DNA from: a virus
Strand: one strand, 5' to 3'
Virus record (IMG/VR): IMGVR_UViG_3300009550_000008
Length of the DNA: 64,000 nt
Of the stretch, positions 1 through 9,309 are shown piece after piece (position 1 is the stretch's first letter; every line of letters begins with the position of its first letter). Below the pieces are notes generated by a model. The model did no database searches and was not told the DNA's origin. It saw only the letters and a program-made list of their open reading frames with translations. Made by a program: the position numbers and the translations under genes.

Positions 1-202
1 TATCATGGGTGAACAACCCTCAGTAATAAAAATGGGTATAACAAAGTTTGTTGTACTTTATCCAGCAGTAACAGCTGAACGCAATGGTCGAGAATTAAGT
101 GAACAAAACATGAGAAATATTAATAGACTTATGTCTATAGTTATCATGAACAATATGTCAGTCGTTAATAAAGCAAAAAGAAATTGCACAAAAAGGCCTT
201 GA
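1..202 (+). CDS. 3' end of hypothetical protein (partial at window edge)
   Basis: Frame is open from the window start to TGA at 200-202; no recognisable family. Confidence 0.5.
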   Translation, partial: IMGEQPSVIKMGITKFVVLYPAVTAERNGRELSEQNMRNINRLMSIVIMNNMSVVNKAKRNCTKRP

Positions 203-237
203 CATTTTCATATTTGACCCCATATAATATATAAATA
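199..237 (+). promoter_or_regulatory. Composite promoter for hsp20: sigma32-like (TTGACA-N13-CCCCATAT), sigma70-like (TTGACA-N18-TATAAT) and T4 late box TATAAATA
   Basis: TTGACA 199-204, CCCCATAT 218-225, TATAAT 223-228, TATAAATA 230-237. Confidence 0.7.
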
Positions 238-241
238 CTTT

Positions 242-300
242 TGTAATTGCTCAATTGAGGATTACATTTATATTAACTTGCTTATTAAAAGGAGAAAAAT
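242..300 (+). promoter_or_regulatory. ROSE-like RNA thermometer in the hsp20 5' UTR
   Basis: 5' hairpin TGTAAT..CTC AATT GAG..ATTACA, then CTTGCT (277-282) able to pair with SD AGGAG (290-294), the ROSE U(U/C)GCU signature. Confidence 0.55.
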
Positions 301-711
301 ATGACGCATTTAGATATATTTGGTCAATTCAGACCGTTCGCAATTGGATTTGATAGATACTTCGAAGACCTCGATAGACTATCTAATCTTTCACAACCCA
401 ACTACCCACCTTACAATGTTGTAAAGGTTGACGATGAAAATTTCATTGTTGAACTTGCAGTTGCTGGTTTTGGTAAAAAAGATGTTTCTGTTACTAAAGA
501 GAAGAATCTTCTTATCATTGAGGGTAAAGTAGAAGACGCCGAAAAAGAATTCGTTCACAAAGGTTTGGCTTCTAGAGCATTCAAGAGATCATGGACTCTT
601 GCAGACAATGTTGAAATTGATTCTGCAGAGTTGAAAGACGGCATCTTGTCTGTTAGTTTAGTGAAGGTTATTCCCGAAGAGGATAAACCAATCTCTATAA
701 AAATCTCTTAA
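301..711 (+). CDS. hsp20: Small heat shock protein Hsp20 (IbpA-like)
   Basis: IGFD, YPPYNVVK, ELAVAGF, HKGLASRAF, LKDGILSV motifs. Confidence 0.95.
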   Translation: MTHLDIFGQFRPFAIGFDRYFEDLDRLSNLSQPNYPPYNVVKVDDENFIVELAVAGFGKKDVSVTKEKNLLIIEGKVEDAEKEFVHKGLASRAFKRSWTLADNVEIDSAELKDGILSVSLVKVIPEEDKPISIKIS

Positions 712-725
712 AACCCACTATACAA

Positions 726-758
726 AATAGACTCTTGGTGTTATACTGAGAGTCTATT
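726..758 (+). promoter_or_regulatory. 10-bp inverted repeat enclosing a -10 box (terminator/promoter overlap)
   Basis: AATAGACTCT 726-735 / AGAGTCTATT 749-758 around TATACT. Confidence 0.55.
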
Positions 759-777
759 CTTAACTATAGGAGAGATT

Positions 778-1299
778 ATGTTATCAGTAGGAGAACAGTT
801 CCCAAGTTTTACACTTAAGGGAATTAATGAAAACAACGAATTTGTTGATGTAGAAGTTAATGAAGGATATACGCCTTTGAAAAAAGACTGGTCTGTAGTT
901 TACTTTTACCCGAAAGACTTTACATTCATATGTCCAACAGAAATTGCTGGAATGGATATCTTAGTCGATCATGCAAATGTTGTTGGTATCAGTGGTGATA
1001 ACGAGTTCTGTAAATTAGCATGGAAACAAGATAATGAGTTGATAGGTTCTATCAGACATTCACTTGCAGCTGATTGTGGACTTGGACTATCACATCAACT
1101 AGGTATCGTAGATGATGAAAATGGTGTTTGTTATCGTGCAACATTCATTTTCGACAAAGACAGAGTCATTCAACATGCATCAATCAATGCATTAGACACT
1201 GGACGAAATGCACAGGAAGTTCTAAGAACTTTACAAGGATTACAAGCTGGTGGACTCACTGGTTGTGCATGGAACGAAGGTGATGAGTTTGTTGGTTAA
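778..1299 (+). CDS. ahpC: Peroxiredoxin AhpC/TSA
   Basis: FYPKDFTFICPTE peroxidatic Cys motif; GRNAQEVLR. Confidence 0.95.
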   Translation: MLSVGEQFPSFTLKGINENNEFVDVEVNEGYTPLKKDWSVVYFYPKDFTFICPTEIAGMDILVDHANVVGISGDNEFCKLAWKQDNELIGSIRHSLAADCGLGLSHQLGIVDDENGVCYRATFIFDKDRVIQHASINALDTGRNAQEVLRTLQGLQAGGLTGCAWNEGDEFVG

Positions 1300-1349
1300 T
1301 TTCAAAAACCATCTTTACATAGGACTATGGTATATGATATCATAGTTCT

Positions 1350-2603
1350 ATGTACTTTCAATATACTTTAGACGATTTAAAACAAAATTCTTCTCAGAAG
1401 AAATTCTCATATATTACATTCTTTGCAGGCGGTGGTGGTTCATCGTGTGGATATAAACTCGCAGGTGGTGATGTTCGATACATGAATGAGTTCCAACAGA
1501 TTCATGTTGACACTTATCTTAAGAACTTCCCTGATACTGTACACGAATGTAAAGATATCAAACAAGTGACTGGTAAAGGCATTATGGAACTTACTGGTCT
1601 CAAACCATATGAACTTGATCTACTGGATGGGTCACCACCTTGTCCACCTTTCTCTATGGCTGGAACCAAGAGAGAAGGATGGGAACAAGAGAAGGTTGCA
1701 TATGGAATGAAACAACAAAACATCGAAGACCTTACATGGGAACAAATTAGAATTGCTGGTGAACTCAAACCCAAAGTAATTGTATGTGAGAATGTAAAAG
1801 GTCTCTCTATGGATTATGCAAGAGATCATCTTAACAAGATGGTCACAGATTTTGAAGCACTAGGTTATTCAGTTGTATGGAAGATCATGAAAGGACATGA
1901 ACATGGAGTACCTCAAAAGAGAGAAAGAGTATTCATGGTTGGTGTTCGTGATGATGTTCTAGAAGCAATTGGTAGACCTTGGATGACTCTAGGAAGTATC
2001 TTCCCTGAACCATCAGATCAATATGCAACGATCAGTCAAGCAATTGATGATCTTGAAGATGATGAAGAGAATATCGAAGATGCTAAATACTTAGAACAAG
2101 CTATGAAAGATTCATCAAAAGGTCATTGGGTTCATGGATTTGAAAAACATCCTGATGAAAAGTTTGCAAACTGTACACCATGTAAAGGTATTGATGGTGT
2201 TGCAGATAAAGAGAATATGTCCTATGTTTCTATTGGAGATCATATTGTAAAACCTTGGTTCCAAGAGAACATTAGATTAGGACACATACCAGCGGAAGAC
2301 GAGAAACATTCTTATTATATGTCTAGGATAGTTCCAAAACATTTACCAGCTCATTCATTGACTGAACAAGGATGTCAACCTAAATTTATGGGTGGTAATC
2401 ATTTCCATTACAACGGTAAGAGAATTTATACACCAAGGGAAATGGTAAGACTTATGTCACTACCTAACGATTATCAAATGACTGGTGATTACAATGATAA
2501 GGGTGCAAGGATTGGATTAATGGTTGCACCACTATGCTTGTATTATCTAGTTGAAGAAATCAAAAAACAGATATTAGAACCATGGAACACATTGCAAAAG
2601 TAG
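1350..2603 (+). CDS. DNA (cytosine-5)-methyltransferase
   Basis: Motif I FFAGGGG, IV GSPPCPPFS, VI ENVKGL, VIII QKRERVF, IX-X TPREMVRLMSLP..IG. Confidence 0.93.
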   Translation: MYFQYTLDDLKQNSSQKKFSYITFFAGGGGSSCGYKLAGGDVRYMNEFQQIHVDTYLKNFPDTVHECKDIKQVTGKGIMELTGLKPYELDLLDGSPPCPPFSMAGTKREGWEQEKVAYGMKQQNIEDLTWEQIRIAGELKPKVIVCENVKGLSMDYARDHLNKMVTDFEALGYSVVWKIMKGHEHGVPQKRERVFMVGVRDDVLEAIGRPWMTLGSIFPEPSDQYATISQAIDDLEDDEENIEDAKYLEQAMKDSSKGHWVHGFEKHPDEKFANCTPCKGIDGVADKENMSYVSIGDHIVKPWFQENIRLGHIPAEDEKHSYYMSRIVPKHLPAHSLTEQGCQPKFMGGNHFHYNGKRIYTPREMVRLMSLPNDYQMTGDYNDKGARIGLMVAPLCLYYLVEEIKKQILEPWNTLQK

Positions 2604-3580
2604 ATCACGGTTTCAAAGAAACCTACGATAAGTGGAACGGAAAGTTCCTAGACAAATCATCATACGATGAAGTTATATCATCTATAGGAGTAGATGAGAA
2701 AGTAATTAAAGTAAGTAAACCAGTTGCATCTATTACAGGTGATATGGCTCCACTTGCATATATTGTTAAAGGTGAATACACTGGAGACAATTATCAGACT
2801 ATTAAAGATACATTGTTTTCAATTGATGATGTCTCAACTATGAGAGCAAATGCATCAGGCCCAATCGATCATGAGGATATGAAAAAGAAAGGATTGATCG
2901 AAGGTGTACATTACAAACTAAGAACACCTAACTCTTACTATCCACTTAAAAAGAATGGTAAGTTCAATCGTATTGCAGAAGCAAATGCAATTCATTCTGT
3001 ATTGATAGGATATAAGAGAGGAAGATTTACAGGGATGATTAATCCTAGTGGTTGGATGAAGAAGAAATCTAATCAACAAAAGTGGGAAGTATTACAGAAG
3101 ATTGCACCTCTTAACGAAGGTGCATTAAAGATCGCTGCTCCCGATGTGTGGCGTCAGCAAAGATCATTTGCAGACAATTATATTGAAAGTAAGTATCACA
3201 TCGGGGGCGCACCTATCACGGCTTTATCTGCAAACAGATATTCCAGTGAAGGTACTGCAAAAATGTCAGCACATCTAGATGGAAAAGATTTAGAGTTTGG
3301 ATTGACAACAATGTGTGTTTTCAGGATTGGAGACTTCAAGGGTGCATATCTTTGTTTCCCTAGATACGGTCTTGCAATAGAAGCTGATGATGGTGATGTA
3401 TTGATTGCAGATTCAAATGAATTACATGGTGTTACACCTATCGAAGGAAATGGTGTGAGACTTTCATGTGTTGCATATTGTGATGAACATGTTGCAACAA
3501 TGGGTATTGGTGGTAAATCAGAAAACCCGATTGGCCCATCTAACAAAGATAAACATGGAAGTCTAGACGAGTTTTTTTAG
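2582..3580 (+). CDS. TET/JBP-family 2OG-Fe(II) dioxygenase (putative 5mC oxidase)
   Basis: AHLDGKD (HxD), GAYLCFPRYGLAI..GDVLIAD, HGVTPI, RLSCVAY; directly follows the C5-MTase. Confidence 0.85.
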   Translation: MEHIAKVDHGFKETYDKWNGKFLDKSSYDEVISSIGVDEKVIKVSKPVASITGDMAPLAYIVKGEYTGDNYQTIKDTLFSIDDVSTMRANASGPIDHEDMKKKGLIEGVHYKLRTPNSYYPLKKNGKFNRIAEANAIHSVLIGYKRGRFTGMINPSGWMKKKSNQQKWEVLQKIAPLNEGALKIAAPDVWRQQRSFADNYIESKYHIGGAPITALSANRYSSEGTAKMSAHLDGKDLEFGLTTMCVFRIGDFKGAYLCFPRYGLAIEADDGDVLIADSNELHGVTPIEGNGVRLSCVAYCDEHVATMGIGGKSENPIGPSNKDKHGSLDEFF

Positions 3581-4117
3581 ATGATATACTTAATCGGTGG
3601 AGTACCATGTTCAGGTAAATCAACCCTGATGAGAGGTCTTATCTCTCGTTTAGAAGAACCTAAACTTGTAGAACCTATGCCTCTATTCAAATGTCAGGAA
3701 CATGGTGACATTCTAGTATGTGGTCAGTATCCCGAAGGAGAAACATTCGGTGGTACAGATAGATTATCATATGGTGCAATACCACACTTTAGAGAATTTT
3801 GTGATGGTATCAGTATTGGATATAAACATACTATTATAGAAGGTGATCGATTCTTTAGAGCAGAAGATATAGAATGGGTACTAGACAATCATGAATCAGA
3901 AGTTTACATTCTTACAGTTGACTCAGATGAAGAGAAACGAAGACACGAAGAACGACAAGATACTCAAACAGAGAAATGGTTACAGGGTCGTAGAAGTCAG
4001 ATAGATAACATTCAAAAGAATTTCAATCTTATGGGAAGGTTAAATGTGGTCAACAACAGAGACATTCAAACTTCCCTAAGAATAGCTGATGAAATCTACG
4101 GGAAAATTATTTCATGA
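3581..4117 (+). CDS. P-loop nucleotide kinase of the type found in base-modification clusters
   Basis: Walker A GVPCSGKST; GQYPEGETFGGTDRLS; IIEGDR. Confidence 0.75.
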   Translation: MIYLIGGVPCSGKSTLMRGLISRLEEPKLVEPMPLFKCQEHGDILVCGQYPEGETFGGTDRLSYGAIPHFREFCDGISIGYKHTIIEGDRFFRAEDIEWVLDNHESEVYILTVDSDEEKRRHEERQDTQTEKWLQGRRSQIDNIQKNFNLMGRLNVVNNRDIQTSLRIADEIYGKIIS

Positions 4118-4689
4118 TTGTTCTTGTTCTAGGTGCTTCATGCAGTGGTAAGTCAACGATGTTAAATAATCTTTGTGATAGATTACATACTCCAAAAGAA
4201 GATATTTTTGAACCTCTTCCATTTTGGAAATGTAGAGAATACGGAGACATATTAAATGTTGAATCATATCCAATTAAGTATCCACCAAATCAAGTGTTCA
4301 ATGGAACAGAAGTAATAACTGCAGAGAACACTATCTATGATGGTGACTCAGGAGTTTCAGAGATTCCAAAGTATCAAGACTTCTGTAGATGGGCCGATTA
4401 CTCATATGTACATACACTTATAGAATGTGATATGTACTGGAAAAGTCAAGAGATACAATGGGTATTAGATAACCATGATGCACAAGCTTTTCTTTTAACA
4501 GTTGATTCGGATGAAGAACTTAGAAGACATAATGAAAGACATAGTACACAATCTGAGGAAGAAAAACTATTGTGTAAATTGCAGATAAATAATATACAAA
4601 AGAACATTAATGAACTTAATGTGAGAGAAAACAATACCACTGAATCTTCATTAAAAATTGAAGACGAGATTTATGCCAAAGTTATTTAA
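4114..4689 (+). CDS. Diverged paralogous P-loop kinase
   Basis: GASCSGKST; shares WVLDNH, LTVDSDEE.RRH.ER, NIQKN and DEIY.K with the upstream gene. Confidence 0.75.
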   Translation: MIVLVLGASCSGKSTMLNNLCDRLHTPKEDIFEPLPFWKCREYGDILNVESYPIKYPPNQVFNGTEVITAENTIYDGDSGVSEIPKYQDFCRWADYSYVHTLIECDMYWKSQEIQWVLDNHDAQAFLLTVDSDEELRRHNERHSTQSEEEKLLCKLQINNIQKNINELNVRENNTTESSLKIEDEIYAKVI

Positions 4690-4987
4690 AGAAGTTTATA
4701 GGGTTGTAGAAAACCCACATGAAACAGACGCTGGGATAGAGATCATCAGTGGAGAATGGGAGGGTTTAGTTTACCAGTACGGTGATGTACAATTCGAAGA
4801 TGGTAAACCTCATTTGAATTTTAAGAGAACTATAAGAAGGTTACCTCAATCAGGTGACACTGTAGAAGACTTAGAAAAAAACGAGGAACTAAATAACCTT
4901 ATGGGCGACATACTTGTAGAGTTAATACAAGAACAAATAGAGAGGGATAAAGAAATTGAACAAAGAAGTATTGAAGGAACAGATTAA
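4673..4987 (+). CDS. Conserved hypothetical phage protein
   Basis: GEWEGLVYQYGDV..LMGDILVELI; ATG at 4673. Confidence 0.6.
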   Translation: MPKLFKEVYRVVENPHETDAGIEIISGEWEGLVYQYGDVQFEDGKPHLNFKRTIRRLPQSGDTVEDLEKNEELNNLMGDILVELIQEQIERDKEIEQRSIEGTD

Positions 4988-5411
4988 AAGACACGAAGGT
5001 GAGGTCTTAGAAGTCTACGAAGATTCGTTAGGATATCTAACATTAGGCGTGGGTCACTTGATTCAGAAGTCAGACCCCGAATACGGACAACCAGCTGGAA
5101 CTCCAGTTAGTCAAAATGTAGTAGATTTATACTACACAGATGATTTTGATAAGCATGTCGATGAAACGATTCATGTATGTGAAAACAACAATATCGTTTT
5201 TGATGCATTACCTGAAAACATTCAACATGTTCTAGTGAATATGTGTTTCAACTTAGGTGCAAATCGATTAGGTAAATTCAGAAACATGTTAGCTGCAGTT
5301 TCTACATCTGATTGGAAAGAGATGGCAAGTCAGATGGAAGACAGCAGATGGTTCGGTCAAGTTGGTCGAAGATCAGTTGAGTTACAAGAAATGGTATTGG
5401 AGTTATCATGA
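4956..5411 (+). CDS. T4-type lysozyme (GH24)
   Basis: HEG..YEDSLGYLTLGVGH catalytic E/D/T; NMCFNLG; SRWFGQVGRR. Confidence 0.9.
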   Translation: MNKEVLKEQIKRHEGEVLEVYEDSLGYLTLGVGHLIQKSDPEYGQPAGTPVSQNVVDLYYTDDFDKHVDETIHVCENNNIVFDALPENIQHVLVNMCFNLGANRLGKFRNMLAAVSTSDWKEMASQMEDSRWFGQVGRRSVELQEMVLELS

Positions 5412-5650
5412 GCAAAGATATGACAAATGATTTATTGAAAGCTGTTGTTGCACATGCAGACGGTCAGATAGAAAAACACAAAATTAATGTTCTTGTACAA
5501 TGCAAGAACTCAGTTGGTGTTGCAGAGCATGGTGACCATGTAGAAACAATTCAAAAGGAAATGGAACAGATTGCACATTATGAAGACATAAAAGATGTAG
5601 TCCGTAAACATTTTGGAGAATATACAGATAGAACTACATTGACAGAATAG
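5408..5650 (+). CDS. Conserved hypothetical protein
   Basis: VGVAEHGD motif seen in marine T4-like phages. Confidence 0.6.
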   Translation: MSKDMTNDLLKAVVAHADGQIEKHKINVLVQCKNSVGVAEHGDHVETIQKEMEQIAHYEDIKDVVRKHFGEYTDRTTLTE

Positions 5651-5673
5651 AACATCCCTAGTATAATTATATA

Positions 5674-8190
5674 ATGGATTTCTATACAAATGTCTGTCGA
5701 ACCCGTGACAAAATTCTAGTCAAAGGATATCAAGGTAAGAAACAAGTCAAGATGGCTGTTTCTTATCGTCCTAATCACTACATCCCCTCGAAGAAAGGGG
5801 ACACTGCATTCAAGTCATTAGATGGTAGATCACTGGAAGCAGTGAATCTAAACTCTATGGGTGGTGCAAGAAAGTTTCGAGAGAGATACTCAGGTGTCGA
5901 AGGATTCGAAATCCATGGATACGACAAGTATATCTACACTTATATCGCAGAGAAGTTCAAAGGTGATATAGAATACAATCCTAAACTAATCAAAGTTGCA
6001 TCCCTCGATATCGAGTGTGAGTGTGAAGATGGATTCCCTGAACCAATGATTGCTGGAGAGAAGGTTAATGCAATCTCCATCAAACCATTTGGAAAAGAAA
6101 CTGTAGTATTCGGTATCGGCCCATGGAATCATGATCGTACTGATGTGATCTATCACGAATGTACAAACGAAGCAAACCTATTGATGAAGTTCATCAAGTA
6201 TTGGAGAACTGAATCATTCGATATCATTACAGGATGGAATGTGAACTCATTCGATATCACATATCTTTGTAATCGTATCGATAGAATCCTAGGTGAAGAT
6301 GAACATAAAAAGCTATCACCATGGAATCAATCAGATGTTCGTGAGTTTACTGCTCATGGATATCAGAAACAACAGGTTTACAATCTCTATGGTGTGAATG
6401 TTCTTGACTATCTAGAACTATATCGTAAACATACATTTGTAAATCAAGAATCCTACAGACTAGATCACATTGCAAATGTCGAACTTGGTAAAAGTAAATT
6501 AGATTATTCAGAGTATGGAAATCTGCATACACTTTACAAACAAGACTATCCAAAGTTTCTTGAGTATAATGTACAGGATGCTGTACTGGTCGAAGAACTA
6601 GAAGAGAAACTAGGATTGATCGAACTCGTTCAAGCGATGAGTTACAATGCAAAGTGTAATTACAACGATACCTTTGGAATGGTGAAGTATTGGGAAACCA
6701 TTATCTACAACTTCCTTAAAGAACAAAACATTCAAACACCACCACAAAGACTTAGGACTGGTAATGACAAGATGAAACCTATCATAGGTGCCTATGTCAA
6801 AGACCCGTTAGTCGGTGGTCATGATTGGGTGGTGTCGTTTGACTTGAACTCACTGTATCCACATATCATCATGCAGTACAATATCAGTCCTGAGAAGATG
6901 GTAAAAGAATACAAAGAGGATGTATCAATTGATCGATTACTCAACAAAGAATGTAATCTATCATATCTAAAACAACAGAACAACACAGTTTGTCCCAACG
7001 GTGCAAAATTCAAAAGAGATCGTCAAGGTTTCCTACCTGAACTCATGGAGAAATTCTATGATGAAAGGAAGCAATGGAAGAGAAAGATGATCGAATATCA
7101 GATTGAACGAGAATCTTGTAAAGATCGTAAACGACTTAGAGAACTCGATACTCTCATCAAGAGAGCAAACAACAATCAGATGGTTCGTAAGATTGCACTG
7201 AACTCAGCTTACGGTGCATTGGCAAATCAGTATTTTGCATTCTTTTCTATTGACCTTGCAGAGGCAATCACTACATCAGGTCAGTTGATTATCAAATGGT
7301 CTGAGAGAACTATCAATGACTTCATGAACAAAACATTAGGTACTGAGGATGAAGACTTTGTAATTGCAATGGATACTGATTCAGTCTATATCACTATGGA
7401 CAAACTGGTTCAGAAGGTTTTACCCGAAGAGACAGACAAGGGTAAGATCATCGACTTCTTAAACAAATCAGAAGGTATGTTTGAGAAGGTACTTGCAGAT
7501 GGTTTCGATGAACTATCTGAGTACACAAATGCCTTTCAAAACAAGATGGAAATGGGGAGAGAGGTGATCGCTGATCGTGGTATTTGGACTGCAAAGAAAA
7601 GATACATTCTAAATGTCCACGACAACGAGGGAGTTAGACTTGCAGAACCCAAACTGAAAATGATGGGTATCGAAACTGCAAAGTCGTCAACACCACAATG
7701 GGTTAGAACTAAACTCACAGAAGCTTTTAAGGTTGTGATGAATGGTACTGAACAAGACCTATGGGAATTCGTAGAGACCTCACGAAAGGAATTTCGTAAT
7801 CTACCACCTGAACAGGTTGCATTCCCGAGAGGATGCAAAGGTTTAGTCCAATATGCATGTCCAACACATATTTACTCCAAAGGAACTCCGATTCATGTTC
7901 GAGGTTCGCTGTTGTACAATCATCATCTTAAAAAGAAGAACATCGACAGACGATATGAAATGATTAAGAACGGAGAAAAGATTGCATTCAGTTATCTAAC
8001 CGTTCCAAATCCAATCAACGAGAATGTCATTTCATTCATGAATGTTCTACCGAGAGAGTTAGACCTACACCGTTTTATTGATTATGATATGCAATTCAAC
8101 AAAGCTTTTGTTGACCCTCTAAAAGTCGTAATCAGTTTAATCGGGTGGAATGTTGAACCAGTTGCAAGTCTAGACTCCTTTTTTGGATAA
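5674..8190 (+). CDS. 43: DNA polymerase family B (gp43)
   Basis: DIECE exonuclease I; SFDLNSLYPHII; KIALNSAYG; DTDS; KKRY; C-terminal clamp peptide SLDSFFG. Confidence 0.98.
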   Translation: MDFYTNVCRTRDKILVKGYQGKKQVKMAVSYRPNHYIPSKKGDTAFKSLDGRSLEAVNLNSMGGARKFRERYSGVEGFEIHGYDKYIYTYIAEKFKGDIEYNPKLIKVASLDIECECEDGFPEPMIAGEKVNAISIKPFGKETVVFGIGPWNHDRTDVIYHECTNEANLLMKFIKYWRTESFDIITGWNVNSFDITYLCNRIDRILGEDEHKKLSPWNQSDVREFTAHGYQKQQVYNLYGVNVLDYLELYRKHTFVNQESYRLDHIANVELGKSKLDYSEYGNLHTLYKQDYPKFLEYNVQDAVLVEELEEKLGLIELVQAMSYNAKCNYNDTFGMVKYWETIIYNFLKEQNIQTPPQRLRTGNDKMKPIIGAYVKDPLVGGHDWVVSFDLNSLYPHIIMQYNISPEKMVKEYKEDVSIDRLLNKECNLSYLKQQNNTVCPNGAKFKRDRQGFLPELMEKFYDERKQWKRKMIEYQIERESCKDRKRLRELDTLIKRANNNQMVRKIALNSAYGALANQYFAFFSIDLAEAITTSGQLIIKWSERTINDFMNKTLGTEDEDFVIAMDTDSVYITMDKLVQKVLPEETDKGKIIDFLNKSEGMFEKVLADGFDELSEYTNAFQNKMEMGREVIADRGIWTAKKRYILNVHDNEGVRLAEPKLKMMGIETAKSSTPQWVRTKLTEAFKVVMNGTEQDLWEFVETSRKEFRNLPPEQVAFPRGCKGLVQYACPTHIYSKGTPIHVRGSLLYNHHLKKKNIDRRYEMIKNGEKIAFSYLTVPNPINENVISFMNVLPRELDLHRFIDYDMQFNKAFVDPLKVVISLIGWNVEPVASLDSFFG

Positions 8191-8198
8191 ATAGAAGT

Positions 8199-8621
8199 AT
8201 GGCATACAGTAAAAAGGTAGTAGATAGATTTAATAATGTTCTAAATGACCCTCAGAAACATGCAGTTGGGAGGTTTGACCCCAACGACCCGAATGTTGCA
8301 ACAGGAATGGTAGGGGCACCAGCGTGTGGTGATGTCATGAAACTAGATTTAAAACTAGACATAGACGATAGAATCGAAGATGTAAAGTTTAAAACATACG
8401 GATGTGGTTCTGCAATTGCATCATCAAGTTTGTTTGTTGATATGTTGATAGGTAAGACTATCTCAGAAGCAAAACAAATACAGGACAAAGATATTGCAGA
8501 GATATTAGAATTACCACCGATCAAACTCCATTGTAGTGTATTGGCAGAGGAGGCCATATGTAAAGCAATCGAACACTGGGAGAAAAAAACCAGTAATCGA
8601 AAACATAATTACAATAAATAA
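8199..8621 (+). CDS. iscU: Fe-S cluster scaffold IscU
   Basis: GAPACGDVMKL, FKTYGCGSAIASS, LPPIKLHCSVLAE. Confidence 0.95.
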   Translation: MAYSKKVVDRFNNVLNDPQKHAVGRFDPNDPNVATGMVGAPACGDVMKLDLKLDIDDRIEDVKFKTYGCGSAIASSSLFVDMLIGKTISEAKQIQDKDIAEILELPPIKLHCSVLAEEAICKAIEHWEKKTSNRKHNYNK

Positions 8622-8625
8622 CAAT

Positions 8626-9087
8626 ATGTACGAATATAATGTCAAGGTAGTAAAAGTTGTAGACGGCGACACAGTTGATGTCGACATCGATCTAGGATTT
8701 GGAATGACCTATAAAAAACAAAGAGTCCGCTTAATGGGCATCGATACACCTGAATCGCGTACTAGGGACAAAGTAGAGAAATTATTCGGAAAAGCTTCAA
8801 AGAAACATTTGAAGAATTTAATGGAACAAGCAGAACAACTAACTCTAGTATCCCACGATAAAGGAAAGTTTGGAAGAATCCTCGGTGAATTATTCTCATA
8901 TCACAATGTAGGACATCCAGTACACGAAGTACATTTCTCTATCAATCAGCAAATGATTGATGACCATCATGCAGTAGATTACGCTGGTGGTAATAAAGAA
9001 GAGATACAAGAACAACACATGCAACATAGAACATTACTAATTGAGAAAGGAGTCGTTACTCAGGAAGATATCGACAAAGTGAAATGA
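8626..9087 (+). CDS. Thermonuclease (SNase-like)
   Basis: VVDGDTVDV, RVRLMGIDTPESRT, KGKFGRILG. Confidence 0.88.
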   Translation: MYEYNVKVVKVVDGDTVDVDIDLGFGMTYKKQRVRLMGIDTPESRTRDKVEKLFGKASKKHLKNLMEQAEQLTLVSHDKGKFGRILGELFSYHNVGHPVHEVHFSINQQMIDDHHAVDYAGGNKEEIQEQHMQHRTLLIEKGVVTQEDIDKVK

Positions 9088-9248
9088 TTATAGGTTTCCT
9101 TGACATCTTCTACATGACAATCATTCTAGTAATATTCGGTTTCATTATTCATCTTGAAGCCCAAGTAAAGACTATCAAGACTATGATCGAGGGATACCTT
9201 GATACTAGGAATGGTAAAAAGATGAAAGATTTTCCAAAAAAGAAATAA
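9084..9248 (+). CDS. Small membrane protein (54 aa, not in ORF track)
   Basis: MIIGFLDIFYMTIILVIFGFII hydrophobic N-terminus; ATG overlaps the upstream stop. Confidence 0.55.
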   Translation: MIIGFLDIFYMTIILVIFGFIIHLEAQVKTIKTMIEGYLDTRNGKKMKDFPKKK

Positions 9249-9309
9249 AACCCCCTTGTAAAATTACTCACTATATATTATAATGGTTATATCATTATGA
9301 GAGGTGAAT

